A stretch of DNA of 64,000 nt from Eledone cirrhosa (lineage: Eukaryota). The stretch spans positions 109,306,001 to 109,370,000 of the forward strand of contig OZ024744.1 in assembly GCA_964016885.1 (NCBI GenBank). The letters run 5' to 3'. A program made the position numbers and the translations under genes. This document shows, piece by piece, positions 29,071 to 43,217 of this stretch (the stretch's first letter is position 1; every line of letters begins with the position of its first letter). The notes below the pieces were generated by a model. That model ran no database searches. It was not told where the DNA came from and worked only from the letters and a program-made list of their open reading frames with translations.

Positions 29071-30640
29071 CGTTTCTGAATTTGTTTAGCAAGATTCTTT
29101 ATCTGAAAACGTGTGTTGAAACCGATATTGTTATACTTTGGGAGGGTCATGTTGCCAATAAGAAACACACCCACCAGTTGCTTCCACTTCAATTTATTAT
29201 AATAAATTTATAAATTTAGGAATTTATAAATTTCCGGTTGGTTGGTTGGTTCCACAACCAGATGGTTTTTATATATTGTCAAAGTTCTTTCGTCACACAT
29301 TCTGTGACCTCTTCAGTGACTGGGATTCTTTTCATTGTTTTTTGTGCCTCTCCTTTGTTCTGTCCTACGCCATCTTGTTTGTGTGTGTGTGTGTGTTGTG
29401 TGCTTAGTTTGTGCATGTGTTACATCCGGGTGTCTGTGTGTGTTTATATTCGTTTATTTATTTGTTTATTTACATGTTTCTGGTTGGTTGTTTGTTCTAT
29501 GTGTGTGTGTGTTTTCATTTTGTCCTTAATTGTAAGTTGTGTTGTTGCTATTCCATTCATGTTTTCTATTTAATTTTGGTTGGAGTTCATTTATTTTTAT
29601 TGCATCTGTAATTTGTTTAAACATTGCGTCTTTTCTGTGTGTATCTTCTATTTTTATTTCTATGTTCTCTAATTTACCCTTATGTGCTATTTTAGCATGT
29701 TGGTAGAGTACAGATGATTCTTTACTATCTTAAAGGTCTCGCCAGTGTTCATTTATCCGTTCCCCCTATACTACGAGCTGTCTCACCTATGTACACTATA
29801 TTTTTATCTCTACATTGACCTTCAGTACATCTTATGCTATATACTACATTTCTAGTTTTACAGTTAATATGGGGGCTTAATTTACAGATTATACATTTCT
29901 TATCTATACAGGGAGGTCTTTGAAAAGGGTATGTCTTGCTAATAAGTGTTTTTATGGAGGTACCTGGTCTTTCTACTATCTTAATATTGGGTTTATGTTT
30001 ATCTAGGGCCCTTCTAAATTTGTAAGCTAATTCACCTCTAGGGGTTGTATCGATGAACATTACACTCTTGTATTTATTGCTATCATACCATGAGTTTATT
30101 CTATTAGCCTTATTCCTAGTTCTTTCTATTCTATTCCAAAATTTGCTCCTACACAAGGGGCAGGTCCCATTTGTGTCATTATTTACCATTTTTTCCCATT
30201 TGGTTCTGGCTCCTCTATACACTCTGATTTTATCTCTCTGGTTGTAACCAGAGAACTGCATACGGTGGATGAAGTGTTGTATGTGTCTCTCTAGTTCTTC
30301 GGGGTTGCACATGCGGGACACGTTTCTCATCAGCCGTACCAAATCCGCAATCAGTATGTTGATTTTGTTATGGTCCGAAACAGCTGAATTTCGGTGGATC
30401 AGATATTTGGAAGTCATGGGTTTGGCATAATGGGAATGGGGGATTTGTTTTTTGTTATTAATGGTATCTAACCAGAGCTCTGTGTCTAGTACAGGTAATC
30501 GATGGTTGGGGTGTTTGCTTGGGTAGTCTATAGTAACTCTAATACTCTGGTGGATGGAGTTAGCTATTTGCTGGATGCTTTCCATTGTGTTTTTCTTTAA
30601 TTCCTGACTGTTCTCTAGTGAGGGTGTTCTAACAATCAAA
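29068..30640 (-). mobile_element. PLE 3' half (RT thumb + Cys linker + GIY-YIG + 3' UTR with HHR at 29278-29320)
   Basis: RLPVLDTELW..HYAKPM..CIDKKCIICK..NCKTRNVVYSIRC..C..YIGETARSIG. Confidence 0.88.
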
Positions 30641-31075
30641 ACCAGCAGAACAAGCCAGAGAATTTATTTTTGCAGCACTCTTCCTGTGAGAAAATCCCTT
30701 CGGAGGTTGGAAATTTCACGTTATACCACAGACCAGAAACCACCTGCATTCATTCTCTGGAACACACTTTCTTTCCTGCTGTCATGTGATTGCACACCTG
30801 TGAACTGTATTTTGAACATTTGAACTTTGACCTCTTCTTTTACTTTGATTACATTGTATCTTTGAGTGACGGATAGATAGATGTCCAGTCGTTCTCTGAC
30901 CAAGAGCGGTTGGCTACCTTGATATCTATCATTGATTTTTGCATGCATATATTTTGCTGTTTACCTTTTATTGCAAACATTTTTTTCGTAATTTTCATGC
31001 CTGTTACATGCTCGCCATCTTACTCCATACATGTTTCATTCGATTTTTATGTTTTAAAAATCTGGCGGGAGATAA

Positions 31076-31486
31076 TGTAGCAAGAGTTGCCTCCCTTGTT
31101 GTGACACTCACATCACCAATAGATTAACGCTCTCTAGACAGGAAGTAGCTGGAGTTAATTCCCGTTGGGGTGGCAGAACCCTTGTTGTCACTTCCGTCTT
31201 GGACCCTATAAAAGGGATACTCAGAGCGATCTCTCTCTCATTTGCCTTTCGGCTCCTGACCTTCTAACCTGCCTGGCCCTTCGACCAGGCGCGTTCGTCT
31301 GGCAACCCTAACATGGCCTCTTGCGAGCTAACTTCAAAACGGTAACAAATAACTTTACTTCTTTCTGTTTCATCTACTACTCATTGACATGTCAACTATA
31401 CTGTTCTACATAACTGTAAATTGTAAATTAAACGTTACATACACAACCTAGTGTTTTGTTATATTCATACACACCAGTATTCTGTT

Positions 31487-31489
<3 letters not shown>
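31076..31489 (+). mobile_element. LTR (TG...CA) preceded by a PPT and a short internal remnant (30640-31075), gypsy-like
   Basis: TGTAGCA...TGTTACA termini; GGCGGGAGATAA immediately upstream; TATAAAAGG at about 31207; ATTAAA near 31427. Confidence 0.7.
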
Positions 31490-31552
<63 letters not shown>

Positions 31553-31555
<3 letters not shown>

Positions 31556-32250
31556 TATAAAATGAAAGTGCTTTTATAAAGGAATTTATTAGGTATTGAC
31601 ATATGTTTCTGTAACAGACGGAATACCTATGTATCGTTGCTTGCGTAATCATATAATGTTAGCAAGTATTCGATAGCAAATGTATAATCAGTTGTCACTT
31701 CTTCAGAGATATTGGATAAATTGGAAAAAATCAGAAAAATAAAAGTATTTATATTAGTTGTAAGAAAGGAAGAAGAGAAGGGATAGTATATGACAGATGG
31801 CAATTCAATTTGCTGGCAAACAAGTATATAGAAGGTTTTTAATGAGAATACAATGAGTATATGGCTTATTTTATCTAAATAAGAATTTTGGGGAGCGCCT
31901 ATTTTAATCTATATTTGACCAGTTGAACAATGGACATGGCTGGTCGTTTGGTGTAGTAGTATTAATACTACATGCCATCTGTCATATACTACCCTTCTCT
32001 TCTTCCTTTCTTACAACTAATATAAATACTTTGATTTTTGTGATTTTTTCCAATTTATCCAATATCTCTGAAGAAGTGACAACTGATTATACATTTGCTA
32101 TCGAATACTTGCTAACATTATATGATTACGCAAGCAACGATACATAGGCATTCCGTCTGTTACAGAAACATATGTCAATACCTAATAAATTCCTTTATAA
32201 AAGCACTTTCATTTTATATTCATCTTTTCTACATTTTCTCCGGAATATAA
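31553..32250. repeat. Fold-back non-coding element, arms about 250 bp, with an HHR-like motif
   Basis: 31553-31802 is inverted at 31973-32223; CTGAAGA-agtgac..gttaca-GAAAC ATAT GTC at about 32068-32177; fragment also at 26325-26446. Confidence 0.75.
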
Positions 32251-32334
32251 TTTATACTCATTGAGCAAACCTACACGTATGCTGTTCATCTTTAACGTGA
32301 CGATATATTATCACTACATTATTGATAACTTGAA

Positions 32335-32395
<61 letters not shown>

Positions 32396-32482
32396 GGAAA
32401 AATTTGAACAGGAACAAAACAGAGAGGCAGTACAACGAATGTTTATTAATTTCACGCTCTGGAGAGTGGGGTGGTGGTGGGC

Positions 32483-32516
32483 AACGACGTTTCGGGCATA
32501 AGCCCTTCCTCAGGTG
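32483..32516 (-). ncRNA. Minimal type I HHR (second copy at 37257-37290)
   Basis: CTGAGGA-A-GGGC TTAT GCCC-GAAAC-GTC. Confidence 0.8.
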
Positions 32517-34007
32517 AGAAGTGTGTGGGAACAGAGTTCAAAGGGTGTGTAGGGGAGTGGTGGAGAGATATATAGCGAAAAGAAACGGTGCGAATGAAAT
32601 TAAAAATAAAAATAAAAATAAAGCATGATCAAAATACAAGGAATGAAATAAAATTAAATATAAAAGCATGATCAAAATAAACTGAAATTAAAAGGGGGGT
32701 AAAACAGGTGGTGGAAGGGTGTGGGGTGTGTAGGGGTGGTGGTGGGTGGAGTGGGGAGAAAGAGACGGGGTGTCCGAGCGGGGAGGGATGAAGGTGGTGT
32801 GTGTGTGTAGGTGTACGTGTGTGTGTGTGTGTGTATGTGAAAGTAAGGGTTGGGGGAAGAACGGCGTTGCATGTTCAGGAAGAGGTGTGTATGGGGGGGG
32901 TTGTAGGTCGGAGTGTCTGTGCGTGTGTGGATAGAGGGGTGGGGGAGAGGAATCAGGAGGCTGAGGGTGTAAATATGTGGTGGAAAGCACGTGTGTGTGG
33001 GGTTTAAGCGTGTTGTGGGTGTAGGTGGTGTGTGGAGAAAAAAATTTTTTGGGGGTGTGTGTGTGTGGGTGAGTTATATAGGTGATTCCGTAAGAGGATG
33101 GTTGAAAAGTTGATAAAATCCTATGATGTTTAGTGGATTCTGTGGTGGTCAAGTTCCTCATACGAGTATTCCATGAAGAGATGGTCGGAAGAGGAGAGAT
33201 GTGGGGTGCGCGCGCAACAGGAAGTGGTCAAGCAGTGGGAGTGCTGTGTGTCTGTTTGTGCTGGGAGGTGATCAGAGGGCATAGCAGCAGTCGGTGGAAT
33301 GTAAAGGGGCGAGGATGGGTAGGTGTGAAAGTTGGAGTGAGGAGGGTGTGTGTGTGTGTATTAGTAGAGGTGTTAGTGGGATGAATGAGTGTGGAGCGAG
33401 GGTGTGGGTGGAGCGTGGAGAGAAGGGTGTGTGTAGTTCTATGGAGGGAGTGTGGTGTACTGGTGTGTGTGTAGTTTGATGAAGGGGTGTTAGTAGGTGT
33501 TAGTATACGGAAGGTGGGGAAGGGTTGAATGCAGGTGTGAGTGGGGGTTAGTGGTGGTAGGGTGTGTAGAGTTGGTGGCGTACGAGGGTGTGTGGGTACG
33601 TGTGCGTGGGGTTGGGGGGTGTTAGTGATGTTAGTTGCGTGTGGGGTGGGTGGTGTAAGTGGGTGCGTGTGTTCGTGTGCTTGGGGTCAGGGGGTGTTAG
33701 TGAGGTTAGTTGCGGGGTGGTGGGATGGAGGTGTGGGGGTGAGAGGTGTGGGGTTGAGGGTTAGTGGTGGTAGTAGGGTGTGTGTTTAGTGTGAGCGCGT
33801 GTATATATGTGCCGGTGGGTGTGTGCGTGTGATAAGGAGGGGGAGGAGAAGAAGGGAGGGATGTTAGTATGTTAGTTGGGGAAGGGTGACGGATGAGGGG
33901 TGGAGTGAAGGTGTTAGTATTGTTAGTTGTGGGGAGGGCGGTGAAAAGGAGGGGTGTGTTAGTGGTGTTAGTGGGGGATAAGTGTGGGGGGAGGGGGCGG
34001 TCGAAGG

Positions 34008-36742
34008 CTAAAGGAATAAGGGTGGGGAGTTCAGGACGGGGGGAGTGTGGGTCTGTAAGATGAAGATAGTTCTTTGTTCGACTCTAAGGCGATTGGCGGG
34101 TGTTCCGTGGCATTGGAGTAGGCCCCAGACTGTGAGATGGCGGCGTGCGGAATGTCCAGGGCCACCAAAGTGGCGGGCGATGGGGGAACTACCACCGAGA
34201 CGAATATCCCGGAGGTGCTCAGTGAATCGGTCCGCCAGGCGACGTCCCGTCTGTAGACTAGGTTGGAGGAGGTGCAGCGGAAGGCATGCCGGACAGAGAG
34301 AGAGTGGCCGTTGGGACCCTGGAAGGTGGTGGTGTTGGTGATGTGGGGATAGGTGTTGCAGCGGGGCCTAGAACAGGGAAAGGAACCGGGGGGGGGGACA
34401 GAGCGTGGGTTGGGGGTAGGGAGCTGTGGACGAGGAGGGTGCGGAGATTGCGTACGCGTTTGAAGGAGGGGAGTGGTGGGGTTGGGAAGATGTGGGAGGT
34501 GGAAGGGTCGGACTGGAGGCGTCGGAAGGGGCGGCGGATGGTGCGGTGGAGGTGTAAGGTGGAGGGGTGGTAGGTGATGGGGATAGGGGAGACGGTGGGT
34601 GGGTGTGCGGTGGCGTGGGGTGAGGGTGGTGGAGCGGGGGACAGCACGGGCGCGGGTGAGAGCGGTGTGGACGAGAGAGGGGGGTAACCTCTGCGGATGA
34701 AATGGTTGACTAGGGAAAGGGCCTGGGACTCGAAGTCAGCCTCTCGGCTACAGAGGCGGCGGATCCTGAGAAGTTGGGAGTAGGGAATGGAGTGTTTAGT
34801 GTGGGTGGGGTGGGAAGAGGTGAAGTCGAGGTAAGAGTGGGAGTCGGTGGGTTTGAAGAAGGCGGAGGTGACGAGGCATGGTGGGAGGGGTCGAAGGCGA
34901 CGGAGATGTCTAAGAAGTGGACGTGGGTGGTGGAGATAGAGGTGGTGAAGTGGAGGGAGGGGTGGAAGGAGCAGAAGAAGAAGAGAAAGGAGTCGAGCTG
35001 TTCTCGGGTGAGGGTCGTGGCTCCGATACAGTCGTCGATGTAACGACCGTACAGTTCGGGCGTGGGGCCGGTGTACTGGGCAAAGATTTGGGCCTCAACA
35101 TGGCCAACAAAAAGATTGGCATAGTTCGGACCCATTCTTGTACCCATGGCTACCCCCGTGACCTGTTGGTAAAACTCACCCGAGAAGGAGAAACAATTGA
35201 GGGTGAGGACCAGCTCGGCGAGGCGAAGGAGAGTGGGGGTGGAGGGAATGGGGGAGGGGCGAAGGTCGAGGTAGTGTTTGAGGGCGCGTAGGCCGTCGGC
35301 GTGGGGGATGACGGTATAGAGGGACTTGATATCTAGGGTGAAGAGGAAGGGCTGTGGGCCGGGTGGTAGGTGAAGGAGTCGAAAAGGCGCAGGGCGTGGT
35401 TGGTGTCAGAGATGTGGGAGGGGAGGGTGGTGACAAGGGGGGCGAGGATGGTGTCGAGAAAGGGGGAGATGAGTTCAGTGGGGCAGTTGCAAGCGGAGAC
35501 GATGGGGCGGCCGAGGTTGTCGGGTTTGTAGAGTTTGGAGAGGAAGTAGATGGTGGGGGTGTGGGGGGTGCGGACGATGAGGTGGGAAGCAGTGGGGGGA
35601 GGAGGGAGGAGGCGATAAGGTCTTTGATGGTGGAGGAGACTTGTTGTTGGTAGAGGGGGGTGGGATCGGAGGGTAGAGGGCGGTAGAAAAGGGGGTTACA
35701 GAGCTGCCTGAGGGCTTCGGCCGTGTAGAGGTCCGCGCACCACACCACTACGGCGCCTCCCTTGTCCGCCGGTTTGATGACGATGTCATCTCGGCTACGG
35801 AGGGAGCGGAGAGCGAGGAGTTCGCCCCGTGAGATATTGTACCGTTTGGAACGGTGGCGGAAGTCGAAACGATTTACTGCGCTACGGCTGGCATCGACGA
35901 AGGCGTCCAGGGTGCTAAATTGCCCTGGGGCCGGCGTCCAAGAAGATGGTCGTCGGCCCAGGGCGAGAAACGGGTCTGGGGCGTCCGGAGCAGGTGGCGT
36001 TCGGCCGAAATGTGCCTGTAGCTTAGTGCGTCGCACGAATCGCTCGACTTCCGTTCGGGTGCGGAACTCGTCGCTGTGCGGAGTGTAGGGTATGAAGCGA
36101 AGGCCTCTACTAAGGAGTGAGCGCTCAGGTGCGGAGAGGGGGAGGTCAGGGGGTATGGTGGCAACAAGTGGTGGGGTTTGGGTGTTGGGGGGGGGGAGAT
36201 TGGGTAGGGGGGGTCGAGGGAGAGGTGGTGAGTGGTGGGCGTATGGGGCTGGGCGGGTGGTGGTGGATGGGGGTGGTTGGGAGGAGTGAGTGTAGCTTGC
36301 GGGCTTTGGTGGAGCTGAGGAAGGAGAAGAGGTTGTGGTTGAGGTTTTGGATGAAGGAGAGGATGGCTTGGGCGAGGAGGGGGTGGCAGGTGGAGTTAAG
36401 GCGGAGGAGGGTGGGGGTCAGTTGGTGGTCAAGTTGGCGGAGGGTGGAACGGGAGGCGCGGATGGAGTTGCGCATCAGGAGGCGTGAGGATCGGGTGAGG
36501 ATACGTTGCGTGGAGGGGGAAGCGGTGGGGGAAGGGTGGAAGTGTAGACGGAAGCCGAGGGGGATAAGGTGGAGGCGGAGGCAGTGGCTGATGAAATGGA
36601 TGTGGCTGGAGTGTCGGGTTTTGGCGAAGAGAAGGTAGGAGAGTTGAAGGGCAGAGGGGAGATAGCAGGGTGGAAGGAGGGGGGTGAGGAAAAGTTTGAG
36701 GCGATTATGTAGTTGGTGGAGAAAGGATCTCAGGCTGGGCAT
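34008..36742 (-). pseudogene. PLE RT/GIY-YIG ORF, frameshifted
   Basis: IKPADKGGAVVVW, LSKLYKPDNLGRPIVS, LDIKSLYTVIP, GVAMGTRMGPNYANLF, YGRYIDD, QTGRRLADRFTEHLRDI; the CxxC-YIG segment is deleted at about 34255. Confidence 0.9.
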
Positions 36743-37756
36743 GATGGGCGTTGGGTGAAAGCAGGGGGAGGGATGAGAAGGCAGGGGTGTGAAGCGGGGT
36801 GGGGTGAACGAAGGGGTGAGTGCGAAGGATAGGCAGAGACGGGGAAGGGAAAATGAAACAGAAAAACGTAGGGAGGGGGGAGTAAACACAGGAAAATTAA
36901 AGACAAAAAATCATAAAGGTAAAAACACAGGCAATCGTGAACAAAAAATCATAGAAATAAAATTGTAAGAACACAGGCAAAGAATCATATACGGAAATAA
37001 ACAAGTACAGTAACAACATCAAACAAAGGTAATGCGTGGAAGGAAAGACCAAGTGTGGGAAGGTGTGTAAAGTTCGGAGAAAGGTCACGGCGGATTAGAT
37101 CGGGGTTGAGCCGTTAGTTAAGTTATGTTCAAAGGAATGGAAGCCGTGTGAGCGTGTATTATATATAATGGAAAAATTTGAACAGGAACAAAACAGAGAG
37201 GCAGTACAACGAATGTTTATTAATTTCACGCTCTGGAGAGTGGGGTGGTGGTGGGTAACGACGTTTCGGGCATAAGCCCTTCCTCAGGTGAGAAGTGTGT
37301 GGGAACAGAGTTCAAAGGGTGTGTAGGGGAGTGGTGGAGAGACATATAGCGAAAGGAAACGGTGCGAATGAAATTAAAAATAAAAATAAAGCATGATCAA
37401 AATACAAGGAATGAAATAAAATTAAATATAAAAGCATGATCAAAATAAACTGAAATTAAAAGGGGGGTAAAACAGGTGGTGGAAGGGTGTGGGGTGTGTA
37501 GGGGTGGTGGCGAGTGGAGTGGGGAGAGGGAGACGGGGTGTCCGAGCGGGGAGGGATGAAGGTGGTGTGTGTGTGTAGGTGTACGTGTGTGTGTGTATGT
37601 GAAAGTAAGGGTTGGGGGAAGAACGGGGTTGCATGTTCAGGAAGAGGTGTGTGTGGGGGGGTTGTAGGTCGGAGTGTCTGTGCGTGTGTAGATAGAGGGG
37701 TGGGGGGAGAGGAATCAGGAGGCTGAGGGTGTATATATATATATATATATATATAT

Positions 37757-37850
<94 letters not shown>

Positions 37851-37879
37851 ATATACACGGGTGTGTATGATTGTGTATA

Positions 37880-40396
37880 GAAGATTATATTAATAAAAGG
37901 AATTCCAACTTAGTCTGAATTACTCGTTTTATTTACAATCCTTTAAAATTTATAATGGTATTAGAAGGAAATAATATGGTAGAATATTAAATGTTAAGTG
38001 TTAATTGAACAAGTACTTTCATGCTTTCGCAATCTTCAGGTTCATATTGTGTGGTGACAGTCAAGTTTGCAATTTTCAACTGTTGAATTAAAGGCAGCAC
38101 TAGTTGAAAGTGTAAGAGGTATAATAAAAAAAAAGTACAGGCAAAAAAGTTACAAGCAAGGAAAAGTGGTGTACAATTCAGGAGTCAATACAGTCAATAA
38201 GGCATGTATGAGGAAAGAGTTATAATGCAGTTGAAATTAACATATTTTGTGTGGGGTGTTAAAGCATGTTATAATTGTTATAAATGTTTAAGATAGTGTG
38301 CAATTTGTTAGAGAGGCATATGGTGATAATGTAGGTATTTGTTTTGTAAGGTGTAATGCAAAGCACATGATAGAGTTGGATTTGTTATTTTCATTCAAGT
38401 GTTTTTGTGTTGTAGTTTGTATGTATGTGTATATGTTTGTAACTCACAGCTATATTAACCATGGGATTATTTTGAGTCGTTTATAGTCAATTGGTGTTTG
38501 TTTGTTAAATGTAAATTTCACCGAATTACTGGCCATGTTATTGTAGGTGTATTATCTTATACATTTTTTATCTACAAATTATCTTTTCTAGGGTTTGTAC
38601 TAACCGTTATTAAGCTGTTGGTAAACCGTTAGGTTGCTTAATTTTATGAGTTTACACAGGAAGTTGTAAAGGGGGTTAATAACAAAGGGAGGTAATTAAG
38701 GTTGTTGATAAATTAAGGGTTGTTTTAATATTGTAGTAGTGACATAAATTAATCTTTATAGAGTATATAAAATATTATTGGTTATATAATTGTTAATTTT
38801 TAAACTTGTGTGGAGGGAGTTAGACACAGTTTTAAAATTATTTTATTATAACTAGATAGTTTTTATATATATAATTGTTTTTACTTTTGGCACAAGGCCA
38901 GCAATTACCCAGTGCATTACTGGTACTTTATTTCATCGACCCCTTAAGGATGAAAGGCGAAGTTAAGGTATATATATATATATGTGTGAGAATGTATACA
39001 TATATATATATATATACAGATTGTGCAGAGATAGTTGAAGTTTTTTATGACAGGATAGTGAGTTGCATAATATATGCTGGAGTAATTGGTGTTATATACA
39101 CAGTCGTCTGCTATTTAGTTAGTGTTGTATATTGAGAGTGTATTAGAGTGTCTATATTATTTAAATATTTTAATTGTATAAGGTAAGAGATCAAACAAGG
39201 GGTTTATTGACTTATGTAGGTGAGTGTGGTCTTTTAATTAAGGTGTAGTCCTATATTCATGAAGGTCTAATTGGATAAATTAAAAGGTGGTGGTCTAGTG
39301 TTATCTCCAACATTGGTTTTTATTTTTATTTTTATTATTAATATTATTAGTTACTAGGTTTGAAGTAGTAGAACGAGAATCTATGGTAATGTGGACACGT
39401 GGACAAGATCTCTGATTTCCTATTTAGTAGGTTAAGGTTAGAGTGAATGATATTTCTAAACTCGAGGATGCAAAGGTTACAAAATTTGTTAGGTGGTCTA
39501 TATGATGGGACCTTAGCTATCACTTCCCATTTCAAGGTGTATGGTATATTACTTGATGTGGATAGTGAGGTTACGTTACTAAGGGTTTCTGAACGAATGA
39601 AGGTATGAATTATACCTGGTCTTAAAGCTATTCGATGTTGAGCCTATATATATTTTCGAGATGTGATTAGCGGTTACAGTACAGGAGTAGATAATGTCTT
39701 TAATAAGGCAGTTCTTATTTAATGGGCATGTCTTGTTAGGTCTACAATTACAATTGTTTTGGTAACTAGTATACTGGTTAAGGGGGTATGCATTTGAGTG
39801 GTTGTTTCTGTTTCTACTTCTTGTATTAGGATTATGGTAAGTATTATTATCTTTATTATTGATATTATTAGTATTACTTGCAGTATAGTCCTGTACTGTG
39901 TTATTGTTATTTCTATGCTGGACTTTATTACCTTGGCGTAATCTGAAGTACTTTTTAATCTTTCTCTTGTTGGTGCTGGCTATATGGTCTGCTATGTTAG
40001 GTGTGGTGGAGTAGGAGATTTTAATGGTATTTTTGTTAAATAGGTTGTGGTATGTATGGTTAGTTGGGAAATTTTTGTCTAGAATAGAGAAGAAATCTTT
40101 AGGTATGTTTGTTGAGACATTTAAGTTGAACGGAGGTTTAAAAAATGTGTTACTTCTTATGGTTGCTATTCATACTACTGTTTAGTGTGGTGTTAGGTAC
40201 CTTCTTATCTATATTTTTCTTTCTGTGGTTTTTCTTAGGATTATTGCTGTGGTGTGATTTAACCTTTTGGATGCCCTCTGTATAGGGGTCGGGGTTTTCA
40301 ATACTATGATCATATTTAATTTTATTCATGGCCATGTTGTGTGAAATTATATTACCTTCTCTATGGGTGGTTGATGATTTAGGTTTAAATTTAATT

Positions 40397-40400
<4 letters not shown>
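37880..40400 (-). mobile_element. PLE 3' fragment (GIY-YIG, YRDD-type family) with long 3' UTR; SINE fragment at 38872-38966
   Basis: PPFNLNVSTNIPKDFFSILDKNFP..CNCRPNKTCPLNKNCLIKDIIYSC..YIGSTSNSFKTRY..FCNLCILE; HHR at 38007-38043. Confidence 0.8.
38007..38043 (-). ncRNA. Minimal type I HHR
   Basis: gaac-CTGAAGA-t tgc gaaa gca t-GAAA GTAC TT-gttc. Confidence 0.7.
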
Positions 40401-40479
<79 letters not shown>

Positions 40480-40794
40480 GTAATTCCGTCGGAAAAGTCC
40501 AGGAAAATAGAGTGCTCTTTGTAGGTAACAGAGCTTAATAGTTATGTAATAAACAACATAAGGCAATTATTCCATTTACCAGTGGTTTCTTAAAAGCAAA
40601 AGATTTTGCTTTCAATCCTCAGAATGAAAAAATCCTGGTCTGTTTATTGAATTTGGATTTTAAAAACGAAATGCAATCTATATGAAAGTGAGGCTGGAGA
40701 AAGAAGAAGGAAAGGAAAAATAAAATAAAACTACACATGGTAACACACAAACAAACATGCACACACACACACACACACAAAAGCATACATACAG

Positions 40795-40839
<45 letters not shown>

Positions 40840-41014
40840 CACTCATACATACACACACACATATATACACACATATATGTGTATATAAATACACACATAC
40901 ACATACATATACATATATATACATACGCACATAAATATCAACACATCCATACATACACATACATATATACAACCACACACACATATATATACACACATAC
41001 AGACGTATAGAAAC

Positions 41015-41073
<59 letters not shown>

Positions 41074-41114
41074 TATGAAATATAAGAATCAAAGAACTGT
41101 TCAAAACATTATTG

Positions 41115-41161
41115 TGCTTACAGCTGTTTCCTCCAAACCGAGGTTTGGATTCTTCGGAGCA
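41115..41161 (-). ncRNA. Type I HHR (U4C variant) at the 3' end of an unidentified element (about 41080-42260)
   Basis: tgct-CCGAAGA-a tccaaac ctcg gtttgga g-GAAAC AGCT GTA-agca. Confidence 0.75.
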
Positions 41162-42847
41162 ATTTATTAATGCATGGACAGTTATTTGACCTCCTTTTCA
41201 GCCGAGAGACATATACCGATACATATTCAAACATTGATACATATTCAAACATTGTGGGTCAACATTCATTACAGAATTTAGAGTGGCAGTACACACTTCG
41301 AGATTACATTTATATTAAGAGGTACAATCAAAAATCAAAAATACAGGTTAAAATACAACAAGAAGATAAGCGGTTATATAGTGCAAATGTTATATGTGAG
41401 GCACGCATGTGCGTCTTGTTTATATAGTGTGGCAGAGAGATATGTGTGGTAGAGGCACTTAGGTAGGTAAACAAGAGTGTCAGGTTGGTAGATCTGGTGG
41501 CAAATTCTTTATATGATTGATATAGTCTGTGTGTGGAGAAATATTATAAGCATTAAAAATAGTGCAAGCATTAAAAGTGTTAAAAGTATTGGAGATGCAC
41601 AGCGAAGGGATGTCAAGTATTTCATGTACTTCGGCATTTTTATGGTCAGGGGAGTGTATTTTTCGATTATATGCCCTTCACATAATCCACGACAATCCAG
41701 TTAGAGATCGTAGTCTGGTGTTCTTTAGTTCAATACAGGAGGCTGTTACGTTTCGAGAAACGCCATTGAATACCACCCGGAAGTGTGTGTGTGGCTAAGG
41801 GGAGTTAATGCATGCGGGGAGGTAACTCTGGGGTTTCTATACCTAGCTATTAAAATGTGTCCCAATATAGACCCTAATTTCTATGGTGATGCGCATCCTC
41901 CAAGAGAAATATTTAAAGCATAAAGTGTATTAACTATAGAGTAGTTTAATTAAGTTATGCTGAAGGTGATCATATTATTATGGTGGATTAATCCATCTTA
42001 AGGTGCCACAAATGGAAATTATAGATGATGAGCGAGGATTCTAAATTAATGATCTCTGTGGTTGTAGTCTACTCATAGGACCAGGCGCGGTGATTGCAGG
42101 ATTGCTTCAGGACCCAATGATCTCTGGTAAGATCTGGGTCATCGCTTGCTACATTGGATGTCGAAAGATAATCATCCCCAGGCCGGCCAGAGGTCAATCC
42201 GCAGTCCTCGCGTGTAGGGTGTGTGTAAAATACTTATAACTGCATAAGGTTTTGTATTTACATAACCATAGATAGTATAACTAATACTATATACATATAT
42301 ATATGTACAAGCATACACATACACAAACATAGCCATACACACATACATATACATACATACATGCACACCATCATACATATATACACACGTACATACATAC
42401 ACATACATAAATGCACTCATCTACATATTCACACACGCAAATAAATATAAGAAAAAATATATATAAAAAAATAAAATAATAATAAAGATTATTATAGAGT
42501 TGACAGCGATACAGGTAGATGAACAGACACGCGTGGTAAGTAATACACACAAATGCACGTATACATACGTACGAGATAGTGAATACATACACACACTCTC
42601 ACACATAAATATACATATACAAATACATAAATACATACATACACATACACAAATACATGCACACACACACGTATACAAATATACACACACATACACATAT
42701 GTATATGTATATATACATATATATATATAAATATAAAAATACACACACACATATATATGTATACATACACACACACATGCATACATAGCTATACAATTAT
42801 ACACATACAAATACGTACATATCATAAACACGCACAACCAAATACAA

Positions 42848-42902
<55 letters not shown>

Positions 42903-43118
42903 CATACACATATACATGTGTGTGTGTGTAAAACTCAGTCTTAGATAATTCATATGAACCTTACATATACATATATATAGTAGTAAAGTAATAAAGTAAT
43001 AAGCAACATAAGGCAATTATTCCATTCACCAGTGGTTTCTTAAAAGCAAAAAATGTTTTCCTTAAATCTTCAGAATGAAAAAAACCTGGTCTATCTACAT
43101 ATACATACATATACACAC

Positions 43119-43154
<36 letters not shown>

Positions 43155-43166
43155 TTAATATAGATG

Positions 43167-43217
43167 AGATTCTACAGGACTAGAACTGTTTCATTCTTTA
43201 GAAATCATCAGGAATCT
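43167..43217 (-). ncRNA. Canonical type I HHR
   Basis: agattc-CTGATGA-t ttc taaa gaa t-GAAACAG ttctagtc CTGTA-gaatct; a palindromic derivative lies at 26553-26651. Confidence 0.85.

Larger units (their letters stand above)
32391..37731 (-). mobile_element. Near full-length PLE with about 575-bp direct pseudo-LTRs
   Basis: 32391-32970 matches 37165-37731; each copy carries CTGAGGA AGGGC TTAT GCCC GAAACGTC; flanked by (TA)n. Confidence 0.93.

Noticed and set aside
41500-42260. Possible GIY-YIG remnant upstream of the 41.1-kb HHR
   Set aside because: Too degenerate to identify motifs reliably.
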